Assembly (NCBI GenBank): GCA_965140415.1
Contig: OZ223209.1
Coordinates: forward strand, 640,001 to 704,000
DNA: 64,000 nt
Origin: Myxococcota bacterium
GTDB taxonomy: Bacteria; Myxococcota_A; SURF-8
Direction of reading: 5' to 3'
Shown: one piece after another, positions 1-9,300 of the stretch
Position numbering within the stretch: the first letter of the stretch is position 1
Layout of the letters: each line of letters begins with the position of its first letter
The notes under the pieces: model-generated
What the model saw: the letters and a program-made list of their open reading frames with translations, nothing else
Database searches by the model: none
What the model was told of the DNA's origin: nothing
Program-made: the position numbers and the translations under genes

Positions 1-1232
1 TCAACTTCAAGGTTGTCAAGCAGTTCATTACCGAGGTCAAAGAAGCCGCGATGGGCGAGGCGGTGCTCAAGTCCCTCTCCCCCGGCCAGCAGTTCATCAA
101 AGTGGTGCACGAACACCTGGTACATCTGCTCGGTGAAGGCGCGGAGCCGCTTGACCTGAACCAGAAGCCCCCGATCATCATCATGCTGGTCGGTCTGCAA
201 GGTTCCGGTAAAACCACCACAATCGGTAAGCTCGCGAAATATTTGAAAGAACAGCACCGGCGGCCTTTGCTGGTTCCCGCCGATGTTTATCGCCCTGCTG
301 CGATCGATCAGCTTACCCGGCTGTCCGAACAGGTCGGCGTGGCAGTATATCCGTCTACGGTCAACGAGCATCCGGTAGTCTTGGGCGCCAAGGCCAAAAT
401 CATGGCCGAAACCAAGGGCTACGATGTGGTGCTGCTCGATACCGCCGGTCGTTTGCAGATCGACGAAAAGATGATGGGCGAACTGGAACAGATGAAGCGC
501 GCCCTCTCGCCGCAGGAAATTCTGTTCGTTGCCGACGCCATGACCGGCCAGGAAGCCGTCAACGTGGCTGTGAAATTCGATGAAGTGCTGGATATCACCG
601 GTGTCGTGCTGACCAAAATGGATGGTGACGCCCGTGGCGGTGCGGCGCTTTCCATTAAGGCGGTAACCGGCAAGCCCTTGAAATTCGTCGGTATCGGTGA
701 AAAGCTGGATGGCCTGGAGATCTTCCATCCGGATCGTATCGCCAGCAGTATCCTGGGTATGGGCGACGTGCTCAGCCTGGTGGAAAAAGCCCAGAAGGTG
801 GTGGACAAGAAAGAGGCCGAGCAGATGCAGCAGAAGCTGCGCAAGGCCCAGTTCACGCTGGAGGATTTCCTTAAGCAGATGCAGATGATGAAGAAGATGG
901 GCTCGCTTTCCAGTGTGATCGGCATGTTGCCCGGCATGAAGAGCGTCGCTCGCGCTTTGGACGAGGGCAAAGAGGGCGCGATGGCCGAGAAGGAGCTGAA
1001 GCACATCGAGGCGATCATTCAATCGATGACGGCCAAAGAGCGACGCAATCACGCATTGCTCAACGGTTCTCGCAGGCGGCGCATTGCGGCGGGTAGCGGA
1101 ACCAGCGTGCAGGAAGTCAATCGTCTGGTGAAGCAGTTCACACAGATGAAAAAGATGATGAAAAAGATGAATAAGATGGGCCCCAAAGCGCTGATGCGCG
1201 AATTGGGGGCGCTTGGCAAGAATATACAGTAG
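1..1232 (+). CDS. ffh: Signal recognition particle protein Ffh (5' end outside window)
   Basis: GLQGSGKTT, DTAGR, TKMD motifs and Met-rich M domain; frame is open from base 3 (NFKVVKQF...). Confidence 0.97.
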   Translation, partial: NFKVVKQFITEVKEAAMGEAVLKSLSPGQQFIKVVHEHLVHLLGEGAEPLDLNQKPPIIIMLVGLQGSGKTTTIGKLAKYLKEQHRRPLLVPADVYRPAAIDQLTRLSEQVGVAVYPSTVNEHPVVLGAKAKIMAETKGYDVVLLDTAGRLQIDEKMMGELEQMKRALSPQEILFVADAMTGQEAVNVAVKFDEVLDITGVVLTKMDGDARGGAALSIKAVTGKPLKFVGIGEKLDGLEIFHPDRIASSILGMGDVLSLVEKAQKVVDKKEAEQMQQKLRKAQFTLEDFLKQMQMMKKMGSLSSVIGMLPGMKSVARALDEGKEGAMAEKELKHIEAIIQSMTAKERRNHALLNGSRRRRIAAGSGTSVQEVNRLVKQFTQMKKMMKKMNKMGPKALMRELGALGKNIQ

Positions 1233-1327
1233 CTTCGATTTCGGAACTATTTCCGATAGGAATGAAAATTACTGTTGCAAACAGAGTTATGGTTTGATAC
1301 TCTGTTGACATTCAAGGAGGATTTGAA

Positions 1328-1573
1328 ATGGCGGTAAAGCTTCGGTTGACGCGGATGGGTGCGAAGAAACGCCCGTTTTACCGGGTAGTGGCGGCGGATT
1401 CCCGCTTCCCGAGAGATGGTCGGTTCCTCGAACTGCTGGGAACCTACGACCCCCGCAACGACGCCAATATGGTAAACTTGAAGATGGATCGGGTCAATTA
1501 CTGGCTGGAGCAGGGCGCGGAAATCTCCGACACTGTTAAAAGCCTGGTGAAGAAAGTGAATATCGCCGGCTAG
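1328..1573 (+). CDS. rpsP: 30S ribosomal protein S16
   Basis: MAVKLRLTRMGAKKRPFYRVVAADSR; AGGAGG RBS; synteny. Confidence 0.98.
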   Translation: MAVKLRLTRMGAKKRPFYRVVAADSRFPRDGRFLELLGTYDPRNDANMVNLKMDRVNYWLEQGAEISDTVKSLVKKVNIAG

Positions 1574-1677
1574 GCGATTGCTCGATATGAACAATGTGTG
1601 TGGGTGGGTAGCTATGTCGTAGTACGGTGTAGTTCTCGTTTGCAGTTGTGCTTCACCTTTTACATCAGAGGGTTTCC

Positions 1678-1911
1678 ATGCTAAAAGATCTTATTGAGTT
1701 CATTGCGAAGGCGCTTGTAGACGATCCTGATTCTGTTGACGTTTCGGAAGTCGAAGGCGAACAAACTTCCGTGATCGAACTAAAGGTTGCCAAGGACGAC
1801 CTCGGAAAAGTGATCGGCAAACAAGGGCGTACGGCTCGGGCGATGCGTACCATTCTCAGTGCGGCTTCCACCAAAATCCGGAAGCGTTCCGTACTGGAAA
1901 TCATCGAATAA
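1678..1911 (+). CDS. khpA: KH-domain RNA-binding protein KhpA (UPF0109)
   Basis: [17 protein letters not shown]; between rpsP and rimM; ATG at 1678 preferred over the longer ORF. Confidence 0.93.
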   Translation: MLKDLIEFIAKALVDDPDSVDVSEVEGEQTSVIELKVAKDDLGKVIGKQGRTARAMRTILSAASTKIRKRSVLEIIE

Positions 1912-1961
1912 TTCCGAGCTGAAACACGGGCTGCGGTGTGGATACGAATACCGCGAGGAGC

Positions 1962-1997
1962 AGGGCAAGACGCGATAGTGCGGCTTGTCCTTTTTTG
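1962..1997 (+). terminator. Probable intrinsic terminator after khpA
   Basis: GGGCAAG...CTTGTCC stem followed by TTTTTT. Confidence 0.55.
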
Positions 1998-2021
1998 TCT
2001 TTTACTCTGTAGTAAAATGCA

Positions 2022-2540
2022 ATGAAATACATCGAAATCGGAAGAATCATGGGGGCGCACGGCGTGCGTGGGGACGTTCGCGTTATGACCTACAACCCGG
2101 AAAGCCCGCTGCTGGTTCAAGGCGGCAGCCTCTATCTTGAAACAGACGAAGGATATCAAGAGGTTATACTCACCTTCGTACGCACCGCCTCGCGTGGCTG
2201 GGTGGCGCATTTAAGCGGAATCGAGGATCGTGAGCAGGCCAAGGCGCTGTATCAGGAGTCACTGTATGCCTCCCGTGAACAGCTTGGACCGTTGGGTCAA
2301 GGCGAGACGTACATCTTCGATTTGATCGGGTTGACGGTCAAGGATGCGGAAAGCGGAACGGCATACGGTCAGATTCGCGACGTGTTGCAGACCGGTGCGC
2401 ATGACTGTTACGAAGTCTACGACGGAAAACGGGAATTGCTCGTTCCCGTAACGGAAGAAGTCGTGCGCAAGGTCGATCTGCAAAAGGGTGAAGTGCTGGT
2501 CATCTTGCCCGAGGGATTGCTGGATATCTATGAAAATTGA
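2022..2540 (+). CDS. rimM: 16S rRNA processing protein RimM
   Basis: IGRIMGAHGVRGDV, YIFDLIGL, QTGAHD; synteny. Confidence 0.95.
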   Translation: MKYIEIGRIMGAHGVRGDVRVMTYNPESPLLVQGGSLYLETDEGYQEVILTFVRTASRGWVAHLSGIEDREQAKALYQESLYASREQLGPLGQGETYIFDLIGLTVKDAESGTAYGQIRDVLQTGAHDCYEVYDGKRELLVPVTEEVVRKVDLQKGEVLVILPEGLLDIYEN

Positions 2541-3264
2541 GATACTGACCATTCTGCCGGGAGTGCTGCATTCCTATTTGCAGGAAGGCATGATCGGGCG
2601 TGCCGTGCGCGACAAGCGGCTGACGATCAACCTGGTGAATGTTCGAAATTACGCCGAAGACCGGCATCAAACGACCGATGATACTCCTTATGGCGGTGGT
2701 CCCGGTCAGTTGATGAAAGCGGAGCCTTTGGCCAATGCGGTCAAGTCTCTGCGGCCCATGAAAAGCAGTCGCACGATCTTTTTAACGCCGCAGGGAAAGC
2801 CGTTTGCGGCGACGGATGCGAAAAGGCTGGCTAAGTACAAGCGGTTGGTTCTGGTCTGTGGGCGTTATGAAGGCGTGGATCAGCGTTTTCGAGATCGCTA
2901 CGTAGACGAAGAGCTGTCGATTGGCGATTATGTATTGACAGGCGGTGAATTGCCGGCTTTAGTGGTATTGGATGCGGTGGCGCGCTTCGTTCCCGGTGTG
3001 CTGGGAAATCAGGATTCGGCGGAGGCGGACAGCTTTTCCAATGGATTACTGGAGCATCCGCAGTATACCAAGCCGCGCGTGTTCGAAGGCCTGGAAGTTC
3101 CCGCCGTGTTGCTGTCGGGCAATCATTCCAAGATCGAAGCCTGGCGGCAGCAGCAGTCCGAACAGCGGACCAGGCAGGTACGACCGGATCTATTGAAAGG
3201 TGAAATCGAGGCGGAAAATCTCCCTGTGCCGGAGAGAAAAACAGGAAAGCAAAAAAAAGGTTGA
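2530..3264 (+). CDS. trmD: tRNA (guanine-N1)-methyltransferase TrmD
   Basis: DDTPYGGGPG, CGRYEGVDQR, SIGDYVLTGGE; start MKIEILT at 2530 overlaps rimM. Confidence 0.97.
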   Translation: MKIEILTILPGVLHSYLQEGMIGRAVRDKRLTINLVNVRNYAEDRHQTTDDTPYGGGPGQLMKAEPLANAVKSLRPMKSSRTIFLTPQGKPFAATDAKRLAKYKRLVLVCGRYEGVDQRFRDRYVDEELSIGDYVLTGGELPALVVLDAVARFVPGVLGNQDSAEADSFSNGLLEHPQYTKPRVFEGLEVPAVLLSGNHSKIEAWRQQQSEQRTRQVRPDLLKGEIEAENLPVPERKTGKQKKG

Positions 3265-3363
3265 TTTTTAATCTGAGTTTCCTGTATAGTTCCGCGTCCG
3301 ATTGGATGACTACTCGCTTTTGTGAAAAAGCAGGTAATAGACGATTTAGGAAAGGGTACTCCG

Positions 3364-3720
3364 ATGAAGGCGCATGAAGTGATTCGAGAGTTCGAGCAGA
3401 ATCAGATCCGTATGGACATCCCGGATTTCCGGGTCGGTGATCGCATTCGCGTATACATTAAGGTTCGCGAAGGAGACAAAGAACGTCTACAGCCCTTCGA
3501 GGGCGACGTGATCCGCAGAACCGGTGGAGCCGCGAGAGCGACGTTTACCGTTCGCAAAGTGTCCTATGGAATCGGCGTTGAGCGCATCTTCCCGGTCAAC
3601 TCGCCGTTGATCGCCAAGATGGACATCATCACGCGCGGTAAAGTGCGTCGCAGCCGTCTGTACTACCTGCGCGAACTGCGCGGCAAAGCGGCTCGCATCA
3701 AGGAGAAGCGTTTCCGCTAA
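3364..3720 (+). CDS. rplS: 50S ribosomal protein L19
   Basis: [34 protein letters not shown]. Confidence 0.97.
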   Translation: MKAHEVIREFEQNQIRMDIPDFRVGDRIRVYIKVREGDKERLQPFEGDVIRRTGGAARATFTVRKVSYGIGVERIFPVNSPLIAKMDIITRGKVRRSRLYYLRELRGKAARIKEKRFR

Positions 3721-3726
3721 GCCTCC

Positions 3727-4401
3727 ATGCCCGATCGCGTCTCCCAGTTATCGTTCGGTTTTACCGATGAGTTACAAAACCTGGGAGACGTCGAACGCTG
3801 GGCGGCGACTCGAACTATCCCCTACATTACAGGTGTAGACGAAGCTGGCCGTGGGCCACTGGCGGGACCGGTGGTTGCTGCGGCCGTTTGTTTTGCGCCG
3901 GATATCCGCATCGAACGACTGGACGATTCAAAGCGTTTAAGCGCCACCCTGCGCGAGGCGCTCTTTCCCGAAATCCGCAAACAGGCGTTGGGCTGGGGCG
4001 TGGCCTACGGCTCTCCCGCCTTGATTCACGAAAAGAACATCCTGCAAGCAACACGCATCTGTATGCGTCGGGCATTCAGATTGGCGCAGACTCGCGGTGC
4101 TGGCGATGGCCTGGTGGTGATAGACGGCAACCAGCGCATCGACATCGAGCAACAGCAGTGGGCGCTTGTGGGTGGCGATCGTTTAAGCGTGGCGGTGGCG
4201 GCGGCGTCGGTATTGGCCAAGGTGTTGCGGGATCGCTGGATGACGGTAGCCGCCAAGCGCTGGCCCCAGTACGGCTTCGAGCGTCATAAAGGCTACGGCA
4301 CCAAAGCGCATCTGCTGGCCATCGCTGAACACGGCCCCTGTCCGATTCACCGCCTCGACTTCCGTGGCGTGCGCGAGCACGTGAAGAATAGCAACGAGTA
4401 G
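3727..4401 (+). CDS. rnhB: Ribonuclease HII
   Basis: GVDEAGRGPLAGPVVAAAV, DSKRL, AASVLAKV, HKGYGT. Confidence 0.96.
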   Translation: MPDRVSQLSFGFTDELQNLGDVERWAATRTIPYITGVDEAGRGPLAGPVVAAAVCFAPDIRIERLDDSKRLSATLREALFPEIRKQALGWGVAYGSPALIHEKNILQATRICMRRAFRLAQTRGAGDGLVVIDGNQRIDIEQQQWALVGGDRLSVAVAAASVLAKVLRDRWMTVAAKRWPQYGFERHKGYGTKAHLLAIAEHGPCPIHRLDFRGVREHVKNSNE

Positions 4402-4476
4402 ACATATAGGAACTTCGATTGTTGGAGGGAAATCTGTTCGAACTGGCTACAATACCGTTTCGCACAATTCTCTCAT

Positions 4477-6057
4477 TTACCATGTTACATGAGAAATCAT
4501 TGAATTGATGGGTTTAGTAATCAACCACGCTTGTCGTTCACCTCGCCATACTTTGCTCAGAAGAAACGCATCGTAGGAGTTAGCATAATTTTGAAAATCA
4601 AACATGGAGAATGGATCCCATTGGTCGATGATAATACTACTTGTCTTTTCCATGTAGTTACGGGAAGGTTCTATCAAATTGATCGCAACTATAAATGCAT
4701 GATTAGTTGCTATCATTCCCACATAATAAGGATTATAGGTGGCAACCATCAGCGGCCAGCCGCCCATGCCGGTGCTCGCCATAACTCTGTCCCCCCAATA
4801 GCTGTCAGGGAGAGGTAACTCATCATAAAAAGATACTGACTCATCGTTTAAAGGGTTAAACCTTAGCAGATCATTTTGGATTCGATAATCTGCTGATTCT
4901 GTTACTATAGAAGAATGCCTTGCGATCCACAGGCCGTTTTCATCGACACCAACCAGACGGGAAACATCGTCTCCGAAATCGACACTGAAATCATGGGCTG
5001 AAGAGCAGTCTGTGGAATTGGGGGTCAACGCATAGAGCCGGTTGCCTCCCATCAGGTAATAGGTTTCTCCAAACCAGTAACCGACTTCGTTGAGTTGTGC
5101 TCGCATACCCTCGCAGGCCGGGACACGGTTCCATGCCTGGGTGTCGGTGAAATAGAAGTAGGTCGAATCATACTTACGGTGATCCTGCAAAGCGACATTT
5201 AAGGTGACTACAGCATCTTGTACTTTCAGGCTGTACGGATGTTTCACTTCTTCGGCGTTCTCAGAATCGACGGTTGTTTCGTTCGGCACGAGTTCCGCAG
5301 GTAGATCGAAAAAACTCCATTCACCTTGATACAGGCGTCCGAGCCGGGTTGCCGTCGCGATCCAGATTTCCACCTGGTCTTCCAGCAGTCTGCCATCCAG
5401 CGTGAAAACGTACTCATTCACCCGTTCGTCACAGCGCAGTTCGTTGCCGGCTTCATCGTATTCCCAGAAATGATTGCCTGCAAACCAGGCTTTACCTGCA
5501 TCATTTGACCAGACATCCGCAACGCGAAACCCCCTACCATCCTCACAGCGAACAATGGTGGTATCTTCAAAAGGAAAAGTATCCATGCTCAGGTTCAGGG
5601 TCTCAATATCCGGTTCCTGTTCCATCTCGGAGGCACTATCCGATTCGGTTTCCACATCCGGTTCGATTTCGATATTGTCCACACCGTCCGGGTCGGCGTC
5701 GAATTCCAAGATGTCTCCATCCGTTTCCGGTGTTTCGTTATCGAGATCACGATCGCCATCCGCATCGGAATCGCCATTTGCATCTGTATCACCATCTGAA
5801 TCCAGATCGGTATCCCGGTCTCCATCCACCGGTGTTTCATCCATATCGGCGGGGGGAGGATCGCTGTCGGGAAGATCGGCTTCCAAATCGCCGTCGGAAG
5901 GATTCTCACGATCAACGAGTTCCGTATCCTGGTCGGCGGGCGGCAGATCGCCATCCGCCGAGGAACCGTCGTCCGAGCAGGCAGGCAACAGCAGCAGGCA
6001 GGCAAGCAGACCCAGTAGAAACATGACGAATCGTTTGTTAAAGAAAAGAGAGGACAT
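4477..6057 (-). CDS. Hypothetical lipoprotein with acidic DGD linker and beta-rich C-terminal domain
   Basis: Lipobox LLPAC; Asp/Gly/Glu-rich linker with many DGD; AGGAGG RBS. Confidence 0.75.
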   Translation of the reverse strand: MSSLFFNKRFVMFLLGLLACLLLLPACSDDGSSADGDLPPADQDTELVDRENPSDGDLEADLPDSDPPPADMDETPVDGDRDTDLDSDGDTDANGDSDADGDRDLDNETPETDGDILEFDADPDGVDNIEIEPDVETESDSASEMEQEPDIETLNLSMDTFPFEDTTIVRCEDGRGFRVADVWSNDAGKAWFAGNHFWEYDEAGNELRCDERVNEYVFTLDGRLLEDQVEIWIATATRLGRLYQGEWSFFDLPAELVPNETTVDSENAEEVKHPYSLKVQDAVVTLNVALQDHRKYDSTYFYFTDTQAWNRVPACEGMRAQLNEVGYWFGETYYLMGGNRLYALTPNSTDCSSAHDFSVDFGDDVSRLVGVDENGLWIARHSSIVTESADYRIQNDLLRFNPLNDESVSFYDELPLPDSYWGDRVMASTGMGGWPLMVATYNPYYVGMIATNHAFIVAINLIEPSRNYMEKTSSIIIDQWDPFSMFDFQNYANSYDAFLLSKVWRGERQAWLITKPINSMISHVTW

Positions 6058-6255
6058 GGGAGCCTCCTGATAGTCGATTGGAACGGACGCTTGAAGTCTA
6101 TTTGTATGGTAACTGCATGCTTATCATGAATGCAAGAGAAATCAAGAATATACAAAGGTCGCGCATTGCCTCTTAATTGAGTATGTACTCTGATCGGGAA
6201 TCCGCCGACTCACAAAGACTACCGTTAGAAATCAGTACAACACAGCTACATTCAT

Positions 6256-6291
6256 AAACGAAAAACGCCCGATCCCTTGCGGGACCGGGCG
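6256..6291 (-). terminator. Intrinsic terminator of the giant lipoprotein gene
   Basis: Minus strand CGCCCGGTCCC-GCAA-GGGATCGGGCG followed by TTTTTCGTTT. Confidence 0.8.
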
Positions 6292-6313
6292 AGGCTCACG
6301 GGCGAGAGCTGGG

Positions 6314-9300
6314 CTATTCCAGGCCCTCGAATTCACCGTCGGTGGCGATCGTGGCCACCAGGCGGCTGGTAGCGGGGGACAGAACCACGACCTCATCATC
6401 ATCGGTATTGGCGATCACGAAGTTGCCTGCGGAGTCGAAAGCGAAACCGCGTGGGCCGTTGAGTCGTTTGCTGCCGAACAGAATCTCGCGCGAGGCGGGG
6501 CCGCCGTAGACGAGCATCTGTTTGGTTTCATCGCCGTGGCGAATGATGTTCGAGCTGGTGGCATGGGCCAATACGGCGGCGGGAACTTTGCTGATGTAAC
6601 CGCTCTTGGCCGGTACCTGTCTGTCACTGTAGCTGCCCACGAACGGCCACTTGTTGCTGGTGCCCTTCTGATGCAGGATGTAAAGGTTACCGGTGGCATT
6701 GAATTTCATCGCGCTGACGTTGCGGAAGCTGTTGCCGTCGGAAAGCTGCTCGGGCGATTGCAATTCGCCATCGATCATGCGCTGGCGGTACAGGCGGTTT
6801 TTACGGATGTAGTACAGGTTGCCCTGCGCATCGATAGCCGGAGCAGTCAGCGAGCTGTTGAACTGGGCGATCAATTCGCCGTTCTGGCCCTGCTCGTCGG
6901 AGACGGCACCGTTGGTTTCCAGCGCGAAGCGGACGACCTGCTTGGCGTTGCTGCGGGTGACGTAGATCCAACCACCATTGTTATCCACGACGTTGCCGCT
7001 GGTGCGGTCGATACCGCGCTGGGTGTTGTCACCCATGAAGAAGCGCTGGGTCGAACCGGCGTCGCCGTTGCGGAAGTCGGGAGATTGGCTCTGGCCAAGC
7101 TGATTGGTGCGGCTGTTGCGCACGATTTTCCAGATGCCGTCGTCGGAGCTGCTGCCGGTGTCGGTGACGTACAGGTAACCCTGCGGCGACAGACTGACCT
7201 TATTGGGGCGGAAGTCTTCGTATTGCGTGTTGGCGCTGGTGTCGTCGGCCAACTGGACCTGGCCTGTGCGTCGGTGCAGATCGTTGATGGACAGCACCGC
7301 ACCGGTTTTGCTCTGGTCGCTGCTCAGAATCGTAGAGCCGTCCTTGGAACCGGCGACATAGATACTGCCGTCGTTGTCTACTACGACATCCCAGGGGCGC
7401 GACAGGCCGGCGTAGGTCACTTCCAGATTCTCGCCATCGGGGTCGCAGGCTTCGCCGTGGCCGTCCAAGTCCGGGTCGGCCTGATCGGAGTTGGCGGCCA
7501 GCGGGCAGTTATCGTCTTCATCGAGCACGTCGTCGTTGTCATCATCATCATCCACACAGTCGGCCACGCCGTCCTGGTCGGTGTCATCGAAGCCCTCATC
7601 CACTTCGCCGTCGCCGGTGTTGTCCACGCCGTCGCAGACTTCCGTGACCATCGTCGGTTCGACCCAGTCCATCACGCAGCGGAAACCGATGTTGTCCGAT
7701 TTCAGCAGCGCCGGGCGCTTTTCGCGCTGGAAGATGCGCAGCTGGCGAGCGTCGGAGAGGAAGGAGCCACCGCGAGTGACCTTGTTGGAACAGTTGGCCA
7801 GACACGCCGTGTCGCCGTGGCAACCCATGCGGCATTCTTCTTCGCCGTCCACGTAAGGATGGCTGACGGCGCTGTCCTCATCGGGGGCGTCGGGGTAGGT
7901 ATGGTAGTTGTCGGCCACCCATTCTTCCACGTTACCAGCCATGTCGAAGATGCAGCGGGTGCCGTTGCAGGTGGAGCCGTCTTCGTAGCCGGGATTCTTG
8001 CCGTTGAACTGACCGACCTTCATGGTGGTGTTCTGGCCCATATCCATGCCGTTGGCGGCGGTTTCTTCGTAGGTGTCGCCCCAGGGGTAACGGCCTTCGC
8101 CACGCGGCTTGGCGGCCACTTCCCACTCGGCTTCCGTCGGCAGGCGCAGACCCTGGCTGATGCAGTATTTCTTGGCGTCGCTCCAGTCTACGTAGGTGAC
8201 GGGATGCGTATCGCGACCGGCTCTCCAGTAATCGGCTTCCTGAGTAGGCTGATGCTCGCAGCCGGTGGCGCAGTAGTTGTTGTCATTGCAGTAGTGCATG
8301 TTCGGACAGTCCGTGTCAATTTCGCAATGCTGAGGCGTCTGGTTGTACTTGGTGACGCATTCACGGTACTGCCGGTTGGTGGTTTCGTATTGCATGATCA
8401 GGATCGGACCGACTTCCACATAATGCTGCTTTTCATCGGTGTAGCACTGTTTGCCGTCGGGGCAGCCCATCTGGTAGACGGCGCGCGCTTCGAAGGAGTA
8501 ACCCGGCGGGATGGTCGGCTCGGGCGCATCGGCATCGGCGATGACGAAGTGGAAGTGCGTCGGTTCGCTCCACAGACCGGCGTTGTTCTGGCCGCGCACA
8601 TGGAAGTAGTACTCGCCCGGTTGCATGTCGGTGTAATCCATTTCGGACACGGTGCTGTCGATCTGCTCGTTAGGCATCGTAGCAGGTTCCGTATCGACCG
8701 TGTAGGAGTAGCCCGCGATACCGGACAGGTCGCTCATGGTCCACACGAAGCGCGGATCGTTGTTCTGGTATTCCATGTCCTGCGACACGTGGGTCGGGGA
8801 ACTCACCACCGGGGCTTCGGGGGCGCTGGCGTCGATCTTGACCATGTAGTGAGCGGTTTCGCCCCAGTTACCCGAATCATCGACGGTGCGCACGTGGAAG
8901 TACCAGATGCCGTCGGCGACGTCTTCGTACACGGCGGAACCTTCTTTACTCGTCACGTGCTCGGAAGGATCGGGGCAGGCGGGCAGATCGGGATCTTCGC
9001 TGCCGATCACGTCGCGACCGGCCTGTAAGGTGAAGCTGTAGAGTCCTTCCACCAGCATACCCGATTTGATCTTGTGCTGAATCGAACCCAGGTGTTGCGG
9101 GCCCGGCTCGATCTGGATGTTGAACATCAACACCGCCGGTTCATCCTGCGCTTCCAACGCTGCCAGCATGGAGCTGTCGATGTCGTTGGTGACGGTGACG
9201 TCATCCAGCTTCAACCAGAAGCTACCATGATTGCCCTGCGCGAAGATGTACTCGTTGGCGGTTTTCAGGCTGCCTTCAGCCACGGTCTGGTAACTGCAAT

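Noticed and set aside
1953-1969. Short match GAGGAGCAGGGCA shared with ~29465
   Set aside because: A repeated 13-mer is expected by chance in 64 kb
7675-7790. FGE/CLec domain as a diversity-generating retroelement target
   Set aside because: No reverse transcriptase or template repeat seen in the window, and the domain is internal to the protein
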